Of a stretch of 64,000 nucleotides of DNA, positions 15,914-27,500 are shown piece by piece. The notes under the pieces were generated by a model. The model made no database searches, was not told where the DNA came from, and worked only from the letters and a program-made list of their open reading frames with translations. Origin of the DNA: a virus; IMG/VR virus record IMGVR_UViG_3300045988_132703, one strand, 5' to 3'. The stretch's first letter is position 1. The number at the start of each line of letters is the position of its first letter. A program made the translations under genes and the position numbers.

Positions 15914-17350
15914 ATGGAAAAGAAAATCCCTACTACATTCGTTGGTGAGATTGCTGAGGAACTTACACAAGTTTCTCCCGAAATATCTAAAACACGATTA
16001 AGAATTTTCTATAAAGGATTTAATCGTAACTAGGGATATATTACTGACGAATTTGCTGAAAAGTTATTAAGTTCTCTACCTTATACTCCCGTAGTTGGCA
16101 TATTTAATGATTTGGTCAAAGATTTTGGCGGCCACAATCAAGACCGAAATGTTGCTAAAATGTATGGTGTGGTGCCGCAAGACCCACACTTTGCTTGGGA
16201 AGACCATTTAGATTCAGATGGTGTAACGAGAACTTATGCTTGCACGGATGTGTATTTGTATACTGGGCGCTATGACGCTGCGAAATTGATTCCTGGTAAA
16301 CAGCAATCAATGGAGTTAGATACAAAAACAATTCGTGGTGATTGGCAAGTTATAAACGAATACGGTCAAGAGGGTTTTGTTTATACCGATGCGCGATTTA
16401 TTGGTTTAAGCGTGCTTGGAGATGATAAAACTCCTTGTTTTGAAGGCTCCGCATTCTACGAACTTGTTAGTCAATTTAATGATTTTATGGCCGCTAAAAC
16501 TTCAAATGGAGGAAATGATATGGCATTAGAAATTACTAAGCCTGTCGATGGTTCTGATCAAATAGAATCAGAGATTGATGCAGCTACTTCTGCAACTCCT
16601 GCGGAATCATCTGGTCCATCTACTGAGCAAACCGAAGACACAACAGATTCTACTCCTTCTAATGAATCTGCGGCCGAGACAGCTGATGAAACTCCTGATG
16701 GAGACTCTTCTACTGACGATAAGAAAGATGAAGAGTCTGCCGATGACAAAAAGGATGAAGAAAAGCCGGCTGACTCTGAATCTAACCCGGACGAGGACAA
16801 GAAAGAAGAGGACAAGCCCACTGATTCTGCTTGTAAAGATAAGAAAGCAGATGCTGAAAAAGAAGAGAACAAATCTGCCGATTCTGTTTGCGGAAATAAG
16901 AAAACAGATGCTGAAGCTCAAGAGAAAAAAGAAGAGAACAAATCTGCCGATTCTGAATTAACTCCTTCAAATTTTGAAAATCTCAATAACAAAATTTTAG
17001 AGCTAAATCAGCAATTAGCTACTTATGAAGCAGAAGCAAATAAATTCAAAAATTTGTATACTGCTCTCAAAGCAGATTACGATGTTTTAGTTGCAGAGAA
17101 GAACAAAGAGTTAGCCGCGCAGAAAGACGCGAAACTCCAAGAGTACACTAGTTACATTAGTGATGCTGTAAAGCAAGATTTTGAGTCTCGCTTGGATTCT
17201 TACTCTACTGTTGATGATTTAGAGAAAGACCTTCTTTTTGCGGCTAAGCCTTCTTTATTTGCTAAGCACGATGATTTCGCTCCTACTTCAACTTATGAGG
17301 TTGATGAAGATGAAATCACTGCACTCATTAAAAAGAGTATGAAACATTAA
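15914..17350 (+). CDS. scaffolding-like protein with an acidic low-complexity linker and a C-terminal coiled coil (478 aa, 1 TAG)
   Basis: ATG at 15914 is in frame with track ORF 16112..17350. The middle part is rich in D/E/K/S/T (DDKKDEE... repeats). The C-terminus is heptad-like (LNQQLATYEAEANKFKNLYTALKADYDVLVAEKNKELAAQ). It lies between portal and capsid genes. Confidence 0.55.
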
Positions 17351-17370
17351 TTTTACCGGAGGTAAAAGCT

Positions 17371-17922
17371 ATGGCTATTCAAAGACTAGCCCATATTGGA
17401 TACGGCGTTATCGAGCGTAACCGTGTTAATGCCGAGAATATGGAATCTGCTTGCGAGTTGGATGCTACTAAGTTCCCCGATGGTGCAGAGGTTGGCCGTA
17501 TTGTCGGCGTTCGTAAGGATTTGGGCAAGGTTGTTCTTGCTACCGACCCTCTCGCAGTTAAGGGCGTTCTTAACAACTCTGAGAAGATTTATGATCAATT
17601 CCATCAGGGATTGAATCAATACAAAGTTAAGGGTGGCAAGATGGCTGCTGTTCTTTTAGTTGAACAGGGCAATACTTTCACTACTAATACTATTTGCTAT
17701 GACACTGGAGAGTTTGCAAATGACGAAGCAGTAAAGAAAGCATTTAAGAGTTTGGCTACAACTCCTCTTGCTTGCGTTCCTTCTACTGTTGCCGGTTATG
17801 AGGGTATTCTTCAGTTGACTAAGAAAACTGAAGGCGCTCCTTTTACTGCTGTTGAGTATAAGGTTATGCCTGATATGTTTAACTATGGCGTTAAAGTTAT
17901 GAAAAACGCCGTAGCAATGTGA
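17371..17922 (+). CDS. head protein (decoration or second capsid component), 183 aa, no TAG
   Basis: RBS GGAGGT. It lies directly upstream of the capsid gene, has no amber codons, and stops at TGA. Confidence 0.5.
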   Translation: MAIQRLAHIGYGVIERNRVNAENMESACELDATKFPDGAEVGRIVGVRKDLGKVVLATDPLAVKGVLNNSEKIYDQFHQGLNQYKVKGGKMAAVLLVEQGNTFTTNTICYDTGEFANDEAVKKAFKSLATTPLACVPSTVAGYEGILQLTKKTEGAPFTAVEYKVMPDMFNYGVKVMKNAVAM

Positions 17923-17944
17923 TTTCAAGGGGAGGTATTAAACA

Positions 17945-19075
17945 ATGGCTTTTAATAAGAAAAATGCTTTGACCCTTGGTATTAAGGCTGCTTTACGTCA
18001 AGGTTATACTGATGGCACTTCTAATTTCTCTTGTGAGAATGTTAATGATGCTTTCCGCGACCAAGTTAAAGAGTTGGTTGGCGATTATTCTTTGTTCCGC
18101 CGCAATAAACTCGACTTTTTTGAGTTGATTGAGGAAATTTACGCAGAGGTTCTTCCTCAAAAGGTTCTTCAGAACTACGGCGTTCTTGCTGAGGTTCAGA
18201 CTGTTGGACATGGTCAGAAGATTACCTTTAAGAAGAAATTGGGTCGCGCTCGTGGTAAGTCTTTCGTAACTCGCGTTGGCTTGGGCGGCGTATTTGAGAC
18301 TTTCCGTTTGGATAGCACTGAGTTCACTATTGAGACTGAGGCTATCGGCGGAGCTACTGCTATTGACTTTGAGCGCTTCTTGGCTGGTCAAGAGGATCTT
18401 GCCGAGCAAGTTGATATTTTGATGGAAGGCATGGACGAGGAAATCTACGTCATGCTTGCTAAAGCTATCAATAACTCTGCTAAGTCTGTTGGCGTTCAGT
18501 CTACCGATGGCTCTACTTTTGCTAAGTATGATGCTAAGGGCGAGTTGGTTCCTAATCGTGACATGACTAACGGTAATAAGACCTTTGTCGAGGTTTCTAA
18601 GTTCGACCAAGTTAGCTTTGATCAATTGATCAATACTGTTCGTTACTATGGCAATCCTATTATCGTTTGCACTCATGAGTTTGCTGATAAGATTCCTTGC
18701 AACTATCTTGCAGTAAATGATACTGCTACTGGCGCAAAGGGACTTCGTATCAGCGAGCAAGATGTTGCTGATATGCGCACTTATGGCGTATTGAAGATGT
18801 ATAAGGGATGCCCAATTGTTGTTCTTCCTCAGAGCTTTGAGGATGAGACCAACCAACGCGTCGTTATGAATCCTGCTTATTGCTACATTATCCCTGGTGA
18901 TGGCAATAAGTTGGCTCGTATCGTCTTTGAGGGTGGCCCTGTTGCTAATACTTATGAGCAGAAAGATCGTTCTATGGAGTTCTCAATGTATCAAAAAGTT
19001 GGCATTGCTATTCTCCATTATAATAACTGGGGCTTGTATCACGACTCTGAATTGGACACCGATTCTGTGGTTTGA
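17945..19075 (+). CDS. major capsid protein (376 aa, no TAG)
   Basis: RBS GGGGAGG. The call rests on position after the scaffold gene, size, absence of amber codons and a strong terminator downstream. It is made by synteny, not by a recognised motif. Confidence 0.65.
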   Translation: MAFNKKNALTLGIKAALRQGYTDGTSNFSCENVNDAFRDQVKELVGDYSLFRRNKLDFFELIEEIYAEVLPQKVLQNYGVLAEVQTVGHGQKITFKKKLGRARGKSFVTRVGLGGVFETFRLDSTEFTIETEAIGGATAIDFERFLAGQEDLAEQVDILMEGMDEEIYVMLAKAINNSAKSVGVQSTDGSTFAKYDAKGELVPNRDMTNGNKTFVEVSKFDQVSFDQLINTVRYYGNPIIVCTHEFADKIPCNYLAVNDTATGAKGLRISEQDVADMRTYGVLKMYKGCPIVVLPQSFEDETNQRVVMNPAYCYIIPGDGNKLARIVFEGGPVANTYEQKDRSMEFSMYQKVGIAILHYNNWGLYHDSELDTDSVV

Positions 19076-19085
19076 TAACTAATAG

Positions 19086-19120
19086 AGGGGTGAGATAAGA
19101 TTCTCACCCCTTATTATTTT
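19086..19120 (+). terminator. Rho-independent terminator after the capsid gene
   Basis: Hairpin GGGGTGAGA-TAAGATT-CTCACCCC is followed by TTATTATTTT. Confidence 0.7.
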
Positions 19121-19143
19121 ATTGAGTAAGGAGTAATTTTATT

Positions 19144-19623
19144 ATGGATAATAAGAAAGTTTATATTAAGAATATCAGCAATCATACTATTATTGTTGTT
19201 GAGCCTTCTATTAGATTGCGCGCTCAGCTTCGCCCTATGGCTCATTTCCCTGTTAAGGCAGAGGATTTTGACATTCTTGCTAATGACGATGGTTTTATTC
19301 ACCTCGTCCGCGCAAAGAAGCTACAGGTTGAAGATGTTGAAGCTGGACTTGAAACTGGTTTAATTGACCAAGAGGAAGTTAAGCAGGATAAAGATGGCAA
19401 CCTTGTCCAAGAGCATACCGAAGATTACATTGCAATTCGTAAGTTGCTCGAAAAGGGAACTGATCTTGAAGTCAAAGAATTGCTTAATGCTTCTTCAAAA
19501 GAGCGCAAAGAAATGATTGCTCAAATTGCAATGGACTGCAAAGATATTTCTTATAACAAGACCAAGTTAGTTTCTAATGCAAGCGGCATTGATATTGAAA
19601 AGGCAAGATCTTTGGAGAGATAA
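19144..19623 (+). CDS. hypothetical head-associated protein (159 aa)
   Basis: Track ORF with RBS AAGGAG. Confidence 0.55.
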   Translation: MDNKKVYIKNISNHTIIVVEPSIRLRAQLRPMAHFPVKAEDFDILANDDGFIHLVRAKKLQVEDVEAGLETGLIDQEEVKQDKDGNLVQEHTEDYIAIRKLLEKGTDLEVKELLNASSKERKEMIAQIAMDCKDISYNKTKLVSNASGIDIEKARSLER

Positions 19624-19626
19624 TCT

Positions 19627-20070
19627 ATGACAGACTACGAGGATGTTTTTCAAGCATTTACAGCCAAAATTACCGATCGTGACCGTGCGATTATGGATGA
19701 TGATGTAAATGAACAGGATATGATTGATTTATTAAATGCGGCTATTCCCAAGTTTAGACTTCCTCATGTTAGTCTATCTAAAGATGATGACACAGAGACT
19801 TTTGATGCCGACTTGGGACAAGATGAAATTCAAATTCTTGCTAACTTAATGAAGCGTGAATGGTATCAGCGTTTCATCTATGATACAGATGTCATTGAAC
19901 AAAAGTACGCAGAAAATGATTTTGAATTTCACTCTCAAGCCAATCACCTAAAAGCACAAGTTAGTGGAATGACTGAGCTTTTAGATAAAGAAATCAAAAA
20001 AATGATTAGTGATTACAGCCGCACTCCTAATCATAAAGTTTTTGATTATTCACGACTTGCGGGGAAATAA
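19627..20070 (+). CDS. putative head-tail connector/adaptor (147 aa)
   Basis: Track ORF with RBS GGAGAG. The call rests on position only. Confidence 0.45.
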   Translation: MTDYEDVFQAFTAKITDRDRAIMDDDVNEQDMIDLLNAAIPKFRLPHVSLSKDDDTETFDADLGQDEIQILANLMKREWYQRFIYDTDVIEQKYAENDFEFHSQANHLKAQVSGMTELLDKEIKKMISDYSRTPNHKVFDYSRLAGK

Positions 20071-20071
20071 A

Positions 20072-20341
20072 ATGAATAGATAGAGTAAAAGGACTGCTGA
20101 GTATAGAGAGTATTTAAAAGGCAAGTATTACGGAATGCTCCGTGACTACGAAAAAGGCTGGGATTATGAGAAGTTACTCAATCAACTCGAAACCGAGATT
20201 CTCGGTACTTTTAATGAATTTGATGGAGAACTTTTAAACAGTCTTTATTCTAAAACTTGTTCATTAAGATTTTTGAGATATAAGTATTTTCGTGAAAACG
20301 TAATGCTCTGTATGAAGCTAGTGGATAAGATTTTTGTATAA
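20072..20341 (+). CDS. hypothetical protein (89 aa, 1 TAG)
   Basis: ATG at 20072 is in frame with track ORF 20135..20341 (MNR(Q)SKRTAEYREYLKGKYYG...). Confidence 0.5.
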
Positions 20342-21549
20342 TGCCTTATCTTGATCAGTATAAGGCAAGGGTTTTAGCTTTTGGTCAAACTGATTAGGAA
20401 GTAATTGAGAATAAGTCTGCAAGAGATTTTGAAGCGCTAAAGAAAAAGAGTCCAGATAGGTGCGAATTTACCTATAAAGGTAAAACCTATATAGGAGTCC
20501 TTTCCTCTGGTGCGCGAAGCGCTGCACAGACAGAAAGTAAAATTATTTTCTATTTGAGAGCGGCCAAAGATATTCCTTTGCCAGAAGGTGCCGTTATTAC
20601 AACTCATGATAGAGGATTCGATAAGACTCGTTATTGGATCGTGATGAATCAAGAGGTTCATCCTTATTATGGATATTTCAAGTATAAGATGCTTGAATTA
20701 GACTATATATTAAAATATATAGGCACAGATGGTAAGGAACATTCAATTCCTTGCTATATCAACGGCACTGGCACATTTGATATAAAAGAATATTTTAAAT
20801 TCTCTAATAAGAATTTAGTCCAAAAACCAAATCGCGCACTTAATACAGTTTGGGCAACAACAGACGATATTGATACTAATTGTCGTTTTATTATTGGCAA
20901 AGAAACTTGGCGATATGTAGATGATGATAGAATTAGTATTCCTGGTATTTCCTATGCTACTTTAAATCGAGTTGGCATTGATGAAAGTCAAGATTCTGTT
21001 AAAGAACAAGTTGCGGGAACCTCTCGTTTGGATTCAATTTCTATCATTACTAATTATGGCGCTGGGCTAGATGGAGAAGAAATCTCTATTAATGACGAGT
21101 TCGAGGATTTGGCTTTCTACCTTATCAAAGATGGTCAGATCGTAAAATCTAGCTTCTCTTATGAGATTAGTGATGGTTTCGCTAATTATAATGAAGATAC
21201 AAACAAATTTGAATTACTAGGTAATGATGGCAGTATTACTGTAACAGACAATATTACTGGTTATTCTTAGAAATTTGATTTTGTTATTGATTAGATTAGA
21301 GAGTATTTCTATATTATTGGTAATAGTGTTATTGATGTTTTTGGAACTAATTATTATACCATTAATAGTGATTACACTAATATAACTTTTGAATTTGACA
21401 AAGATAAAGTTGCAGTTGTAAAAACTAAAGATGGTAAAATCAAAGTGGTCGCGCGGAGTAATCTTGGAGACACTCAAATTAAATTTAAGTCAGGAGATAA
21501 GGAAATTGGCACTCTTGATTTGAAGATTAAAACCGCCTGGAGGAAATAA
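20341..21549 (+). CDS. structural protein with C-terminal Ig-like segment (402 aa, 3 TAG)
   Basis: The TAATG overlap gives a start at 20341. It is in frame with track ORF 20554..21270 and continues through 2 TAG codons to TAA 21547-21549. The C-terminal ...VAVVKTKDGKIKVVARSNLGDTQIKFKSGDKEIGTLDLKIK resembles bacterial Ig-like (Big_2-type) repeats. Confidence 0.5.
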
Positions 21550-21551
21550 TT

Positions 21552-22034
21552 ATGTCTGCATATTTATTTGAAGACCTTGGGCGTGCGCTCAATAAGATTG
21601 CACAAAAGTTAAGTAAAAACGAAGATTTGTGTCGTCTATTGACTGATATGAGCGAAACACCTCTCGACAAGAGTAAGGATTATGATATTACCAATCCCTT
21701 GCTTGAAAAAAACATTAGAATTAAACCTAAAGTTAATCCTAATGAATGTACCGAGGCTTTTGTTGTAGTGTCAATTCCAAATTTTGAGCCAGGTGATAAT
21801 GTTGATTTTAATGACGCAACAGTTGCTATTGACGTTATTTGTCCAATAGATAAATGGTTAATAGATGACATTTGCCCGCGCCCATATAAAATAATGAGTC
21901 AAATCTATGAGGAACTTCAAGGCTCAAGAGTTACTGGTATTGGTACTTTGTAGTTCATTGGAGAGTAGCAAAACGTAGTTTATGAAGATGTTACAGATAA
22001 CCAAATGGTGTTTATGGTGACAGCTAATGGCTAA
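21552..22034 (+). CDS. hypothetical head-tail joining protein (160 aa, 2 TAG)
   Basis: RBS GGAGGA. Track ORF 21552..21953 is extended through TAG to TAA 22032-22034. Confidence 0.5.
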
Positions 22035-22773
22035 TTATTCTAAATCAGATTTGCTCTCTAAAGCTCCTCTTGATTTTCATGGATTAGCCATTTATAAACC
22101 TACTCTTGATGAAATCCAATAGATAGGATTTGATAATTATAATCGTTACACCGCGCGCATAACACTTTCGATTTTAGATATAGCTAAATTCCTAGAAGAA
22201 TAGAGAATAGGTGGAGATGTTCCCTCTCCACTTCATTTTACTATTGACACTTGTAACGGGAATCCAATTGCTTTTTTGGAGTTACAAATTGCTTTTTTTA
22301 CTTATTTAAGGAAGCCGATAGAAATATCGGGAGATACTATTGTTATAATTGACGAATAGCCCGATAAGAATTTTGTTCTTGATGAATCAAATTTCAATGA
22401 GTTCCAAGAAGTAATTTTAATGATTAATAAAATGTATGATGTTGAGGAAGAGCGAGAAATTATTTCGCCCAATGAAAAACTCAAGCAGAAGTTTATTAAA
22501 GCAAGATTGAAATTACGCGAAGCGAAGAAAAGAGAGCGAGAAAAAAATTCTCAAAAAGGGGACGGAATTACTTTGCCAGACATTATTTCATCCCTTTGTG
22601 CTTATGGCATTGGTTATACGATGCTTAATGTCTGGGATTTAACAATTTATTAGCTTTACGATTAGTTTGAAAAAGTAACTGGCAAAGATAGGTATGATAA
22701 AGATTATGCCGCAATCTTAGCAGGTGCTGACGCTAAAAAGATAAAGTTAAAGAATTGGATGACTAATCCTTAA
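22027..22773 (+). CDS. hypothetical protein (248 aa, 5 TAG)
   Basis: ATG at 22027 overlaps the previous stop and is in frame with track ORF 22420..22653. It ends at TAA 22771-22773. Confidence 0.5.
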
Positions 22774-22786
22774 AGGAGGAAATTAA

Positions 22787-23599
22787 ATGGCTAGTATTCT
22801 TGATATGTACGGTATTAAGGAAGTTGCTGACGTAACATTTTACCGTATTGATGGAAACAACAAGTACACCCCAGTCCTTTATCTTGATACTTTGAAAGTA
22901 TCTACTATTGAAGAGACTGCTTCTAGTACTGATGCTACTGGTGGTAAAGGTAACGCTAAATTGATTACCTGGGACTATGGTAAGGAAATCACCATCACTC
23001 TTGAAGACGCTTTGTTCTCTATGGAGTCTATGGCTCTTATGCATGGCGCTGCTTCTTTGCCTGGTGTTGATAAGAAAGGTGAAATTACTGGTTTAAAGGA
23101 CGGCTAGAAGTTTATGCTTCGTACCGCTCGTTGCTTGGGTACCAGTACTGAAGGTACCGATCTTGCAACTCGTGTAGCTTTGCCTGCTGGCATTGATGAA
23201 AAAACTAACGTTACCTATTATGGTCCTCAAGGTGAGAAAATTGCCACTGGTGCTTTTAAAGAAGGCGAATGGTATATTGCTCAATGGAAGGTAAAGGCTG
23301 GAGATAGCGCAAAGACCATCGAGATTAGTGCTTCTAACTTCCCTGGCACTTATCGTATTGTTGGTACTACTTACGCTCGTGATTACTCAACCGGTACTGA
23401 CAAGTTCTTTGAGTTTGAAGTTCCGATGGCTAAGATGGACCCTGCTCAGACAATCACCATGCAAGCCGAGGGCGATCCTTCTACTTTCTCTATGACTATG
23501 AAAGTTCTTCGTCCTTCTGATGGTGTTATGATGCGTTTGACTGCTTATCCTGATGTTGATGTTAGCGCAGCAGGCGAGCTTGCTAATGGGGAAGGTTAA
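22787..23599 (+). CDS. major tail (tube) protein (270 aa, 1 TAG)
   Basis: RBS AAAGGAGGA. Track ORFs 22787..23107 and 23114..23599 are in frame across one TAG. A terminator follows. The call rests on position upstream of the tape measure gene. Confidence 0.55.
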
Positions 23600-23617
23600 T
23601 TAATATTTAATCATTCA

Positions 23618-23650
23618 AGCCTATTCCGAGCCGGGATAGGCTTTTTCTTT
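23618..23650 (+). terminator. Rho-independent terminator
   Basis: Hairpin AGCCTATTCCG-AGC-CGGGATAGGCT is followed by TTTTCTTTT. Confidence 0.7.
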
Positions 23651-23671
23651 TAAGAGTAAGGAGTAATAATT

Positions 23672-24469
23672 ATGGATAATAATTATGGAATAAAAGATTT
23701 GTATAAAGGTTATTTGTTGGCAGGAACAAAAACTACTGTTAATGGTCAAGTATATGAAGAGAATGAAATTATCCTTGAATTTGATAATATTCAGTAGATA
23801 GCTTTTGGAGAGGATATTTAGTCTATTTCAGCGCGCGGTGGCTGTTAGAATCCAGTCTTAATTAACTGGGAAACCGCGCGTAATATGTATGGTGCAATTA
23901 ATATGGGGCGTGTTTCTCCAAATGGTTTTGCGATGATTGCACGTTCAAATATTAATTCGGTAGAGGAAGGCACTAAATCTCTTCCTTATTCTCAAGAAGT
24001 ATATATTGATTCTGATGGGATTTTTACTTTCGATCATTCGCCTAATACATCTTATCCACTTAAGGTATGGGCGCTTTCAAAAGGCAAAAAGACGAGAGAA
24101 ATTGTGGACTATATAATGTAGGATGATACTCTAATTTTAGAAGATACAGATATAGACGTACTTGTTACCTATTGGTATGATGTAGATATTGATTATTAGA
24201 CAGTGAATGTAGGTGCCAAGGACTTTAATGGGTATCTCAAGTTTGTCGGTAAGTTTTATTATACCGATGAGAATACGAGCAATCGTAAAACGGGGATTAT
24301 TGAAATTCCTAAATTATTAATTCAAAGTAATTTTAATTTGAATTTTGGAAGGAATACCAGCCCATTAATATCGGTTCTACAATTCGCGGTTATTCCTGAT
24401 GGCTCTCGTTACAAGAGAAAGTCCATTTAGGTAACTTATCTTGACGATGATATAGATGCGGATATATGA
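23672..24469 (+). CDS. tail protein (second tube-like or assembly protein; 265 aa, 6 TAG)
   Basis: RBS AAGGAG. Track ORFs 23885..24121 and 24203..24430 are in frame with the ATG at 23672. It stops at TGA 24467-24469. Confidence 0.45.
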
Positions 24470-24475
24470 TATTAA

Positions 24476-24505
24476 AGACTGGTAAGCATTTACCAGTCTT
24501 TTTTA
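24476..24505 (+). terminator. Rho-independent terminator
   Basis: Hairpin AGACTGGTA-AGCAT-TACCAGTCT is followed by TTTTTTAT. Confidence 0.7.
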
Positions 24506-24520
24506 TTTGAGGTGAAAGTG

Positions 24521-27500
24521 ATGGCTACAAAAGGCAATATTAATTTATAGCTAAACATAAATACCCAGTTTACTAATGTAAAATCTGCGGTTGACGCTTT
24601 TCAAAAATAGCTGTCTAATATAAAGATAGATACTAATTTTAGCAATAGTAAAGGATTAGCAGATAATTTCTCTAAATAGGCCGATTAGATTAGAATTAAG
24701 TTACAAGAAATTAATGATTTTGATTTTAATACTGATTCTTCTAAAAATTATGCTGCTTTATTACAAGACGTCAGAACTTAGTATGCGCAATTATCTGCGG
24801 CTGTTAATGATTATAAAGTTTCACTTGGAAAAGAAAAAAGTGAAGTTCAAGATAAATTAAAAACAGAATAGGAAAATCTCCAAGCTTTAAAAGAAAAAAG
24901 TAAAACTGAGAAAGAGTACATTGATGGGTTTCGGGATTATCATAAAGTTTTAGCAGAAGCAAAAGCATAGAATCGAGAATTAACTGACGATGAAAAATTA
25001 TTAGTTGCGACTTATAGTTCTGAAACTAAAACTATGAAGCAGCTAAAAGAAGAACATAAAAATACTAATCAAGCCAAAAGGGATTCTTAGGCTGAAATTA
25101 AAAAATTATAGGCGGCAGATAAATCTTATACTGCTTTATTAAAAACTGAAAAAGAAGTTCAATCTCAAGTTAAAACTGCGATTGATACTACCACTAAAGC
25201 AAGAGAAGATGAATATACCGCTGCGCGAAACCAAGAAGCTATAAATAAAGCTAATGCAGCATAGTCTCAACAACAAGTAAAAAACAATTAGAAAATAGCA
25301 GAGTCTGCAAAAAAGGCTGCAGATGAGGCTGCAAGAATTTAGCAAGAATGGAATATCACTTCCGAAACTTTTTCTTCTAACTTCGAAGCCGCGGCAACCA
25401 GTTCGAATAAATTAACTTCAGCTCTTGAAAGTCAAATTACAAAATGGACTTCTTTAGGTTTTATAGTCCATACTACTATAAATGCAATTCGAGATATTGT
25501 TCAAACATATCAAGAACTTGATGATAATTTAAGCGCAATTTCTGCTGTTAGCGGGATTGCAACAGAATCACTTTGGGGCAATATGCCACAAATGATTGAT
25601 AATGCTAATTCATTAGCATTATCTGTTGATGATTTAACTAATGGCATGTTATTATTCTACCAGCAAGGTTTAAGCACAGAAGAAACTGAAATTCGTCTTA
25701 ATGCTGCTGGTAAGATGGCTGCGATTTCTTAGCAAGATTTAGCTACAGCCGTTGATCAATTAACTTCTACCATGAATGCTTTTGGTATGGAAGGCGACGA
25801 TGCAGCTAGTGTTGTTGATGTTTTTGCCAACATGGCTGGTAGAACTGCAACTGACGTTGAAGAACTTGCAACAGCTATGGCTCGTACCGCTTCTATCGCA
25901 AAGAACGCTGGCATGAGTTTTGAACAAACGACTGCTTTCATTGCCACAATGGAAGAAACTACTCGTTTGAGTGCTGAAACAATCGGTAACTCCATGAAGA
26001 GCATTATTGCTCGATTCCAAAAATTAAAGACTGATCCTGATTCTTTATTGGAAGATGGGGTTAATGCAAACGATGTCGAAAAAGCATTAAAGAAAGCAGA
26101 TGTTGCACTTCGTGATACAGAAGGTAATTTCCGTAATATCGGTGACGTTATTATGGAATTGTCTGCTAAGTGGGATACATTAGATACTAACACTTAGAAG
26201 TACATTGCGACGATGGCAGCTGGCACTCAATAGTCTTCAAACTTTATCGCATTAGTTAGTAACAATCAATCAAATATTGATAACCTTGCTTATGCTATGG
26301 ACGCTGCTGGAGCAGCAGAAGAACAATTTGCAGCAGTTAGTACAAATATTAGTTCTGCATTAACTCGATTAGATAATAATTGGATTAAATTAAAGACTTC
26401 TTTTAACGATGGAAGAAACATTATCGTAGATGTTATTAATGATTTAAGTTCTTTAGTTGGTTTTGTAGCTGATTTAGGTCCAGCTTTTACAACTGCAACA
26501 GCAGCTATTGGCCTCGCGGCAATCAAAATGGCTTTGTTTACTACTAAAAGCGCAAGACAAGTCTCAATTCAAGAATTAAAAAATACTATTACTAAATCAG
26601 GAATGGACTTAGATAAACAAGATAAGTTAATGACAGATTTAGTTAGCGCCGCGAAAGAGAAACAAACTAAAAGAGTTATTGAACTTAGAATTGCTACTGA
26701 AAAATTATCTGATGCAGAGAAAAAGCAAATTGCAGATGCTTATGAATAGGCAACAGCAAATAACGCTTCTTTATTAACTTGGAAGAATTTAAAAGCGTCT
26801 ATTGGAGATGCTGCAAATCAATTATTTGCTTTTGTATCAACTCCTATAGGAGCCATTTCTGCCTTAGTTGCAGTTATTACTGCTATTACTTGGGCAATGG
26901 ATAAATTTGGTATTTCTGTTAAAGGAGCAAAAGAACAATTAGAAAATACTCGTTCTGAATGGCAATCTACTCAATCAGAACTAGAGAGTACATAGACTCA
27001 ATTAGATAGTATTGCTTAGAAGATTGATGAAATTAATAGTAAAGATGTTATTACTTTATCTGATGCTCAAGAACTTTCAAATTTAACTTTAGAAAATATA
27101 AAATTACAAGAGCAAGTTGATTTACTAAAACAAAAAGCTGATTTACAAAGAGATCAAACTATTAAAGAAGAAAAAGATTCTTTTGATGCTTATAAAAATA
27201 AAGAAAATATAAAGAATGCATTTTTAGGAACTAAAGATAGTTTAGACAGTAAAATTGCAGAATACAGTGGGATAAAAGATAAAGATTGGTCTGGCTAGTT
27301 TGATGAGAAACTTAATGAATGGTATCGAAATAAGTTAAAAGAAGAATTAGTTGCACGAGAAGAACTTGCTATTTAGACAATAAAAGATCTTGATGACAAA
27401 ATGACTGCAGAAGGAAAAGATTCTCTTACTCAAAGAGAACAAGAACTTTATGCAGAAGCTAAAGAATGGCGCGATAAAATTTAGAAAGAACTATCTCCAG

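Noticed and set aside
16558-16970. Several overlapping ORFs in other frames and on the other strand within the acidic repeat of the scaffold-like gene.
   Set aside because: They are by-products of the low-complexity GA-rich coding repeat. Only the frame continuous with 15914..17350 has start and stop signals.
17993-18856. A 287-aa ORF on the minus strand, antisense to the capsid gene.
   Set aside because: It lies entirely inside the well-supported plus-strand capsid gene. It has no SD or promoter, and its composition is typical of an antisense frame in an AT-rich gene.
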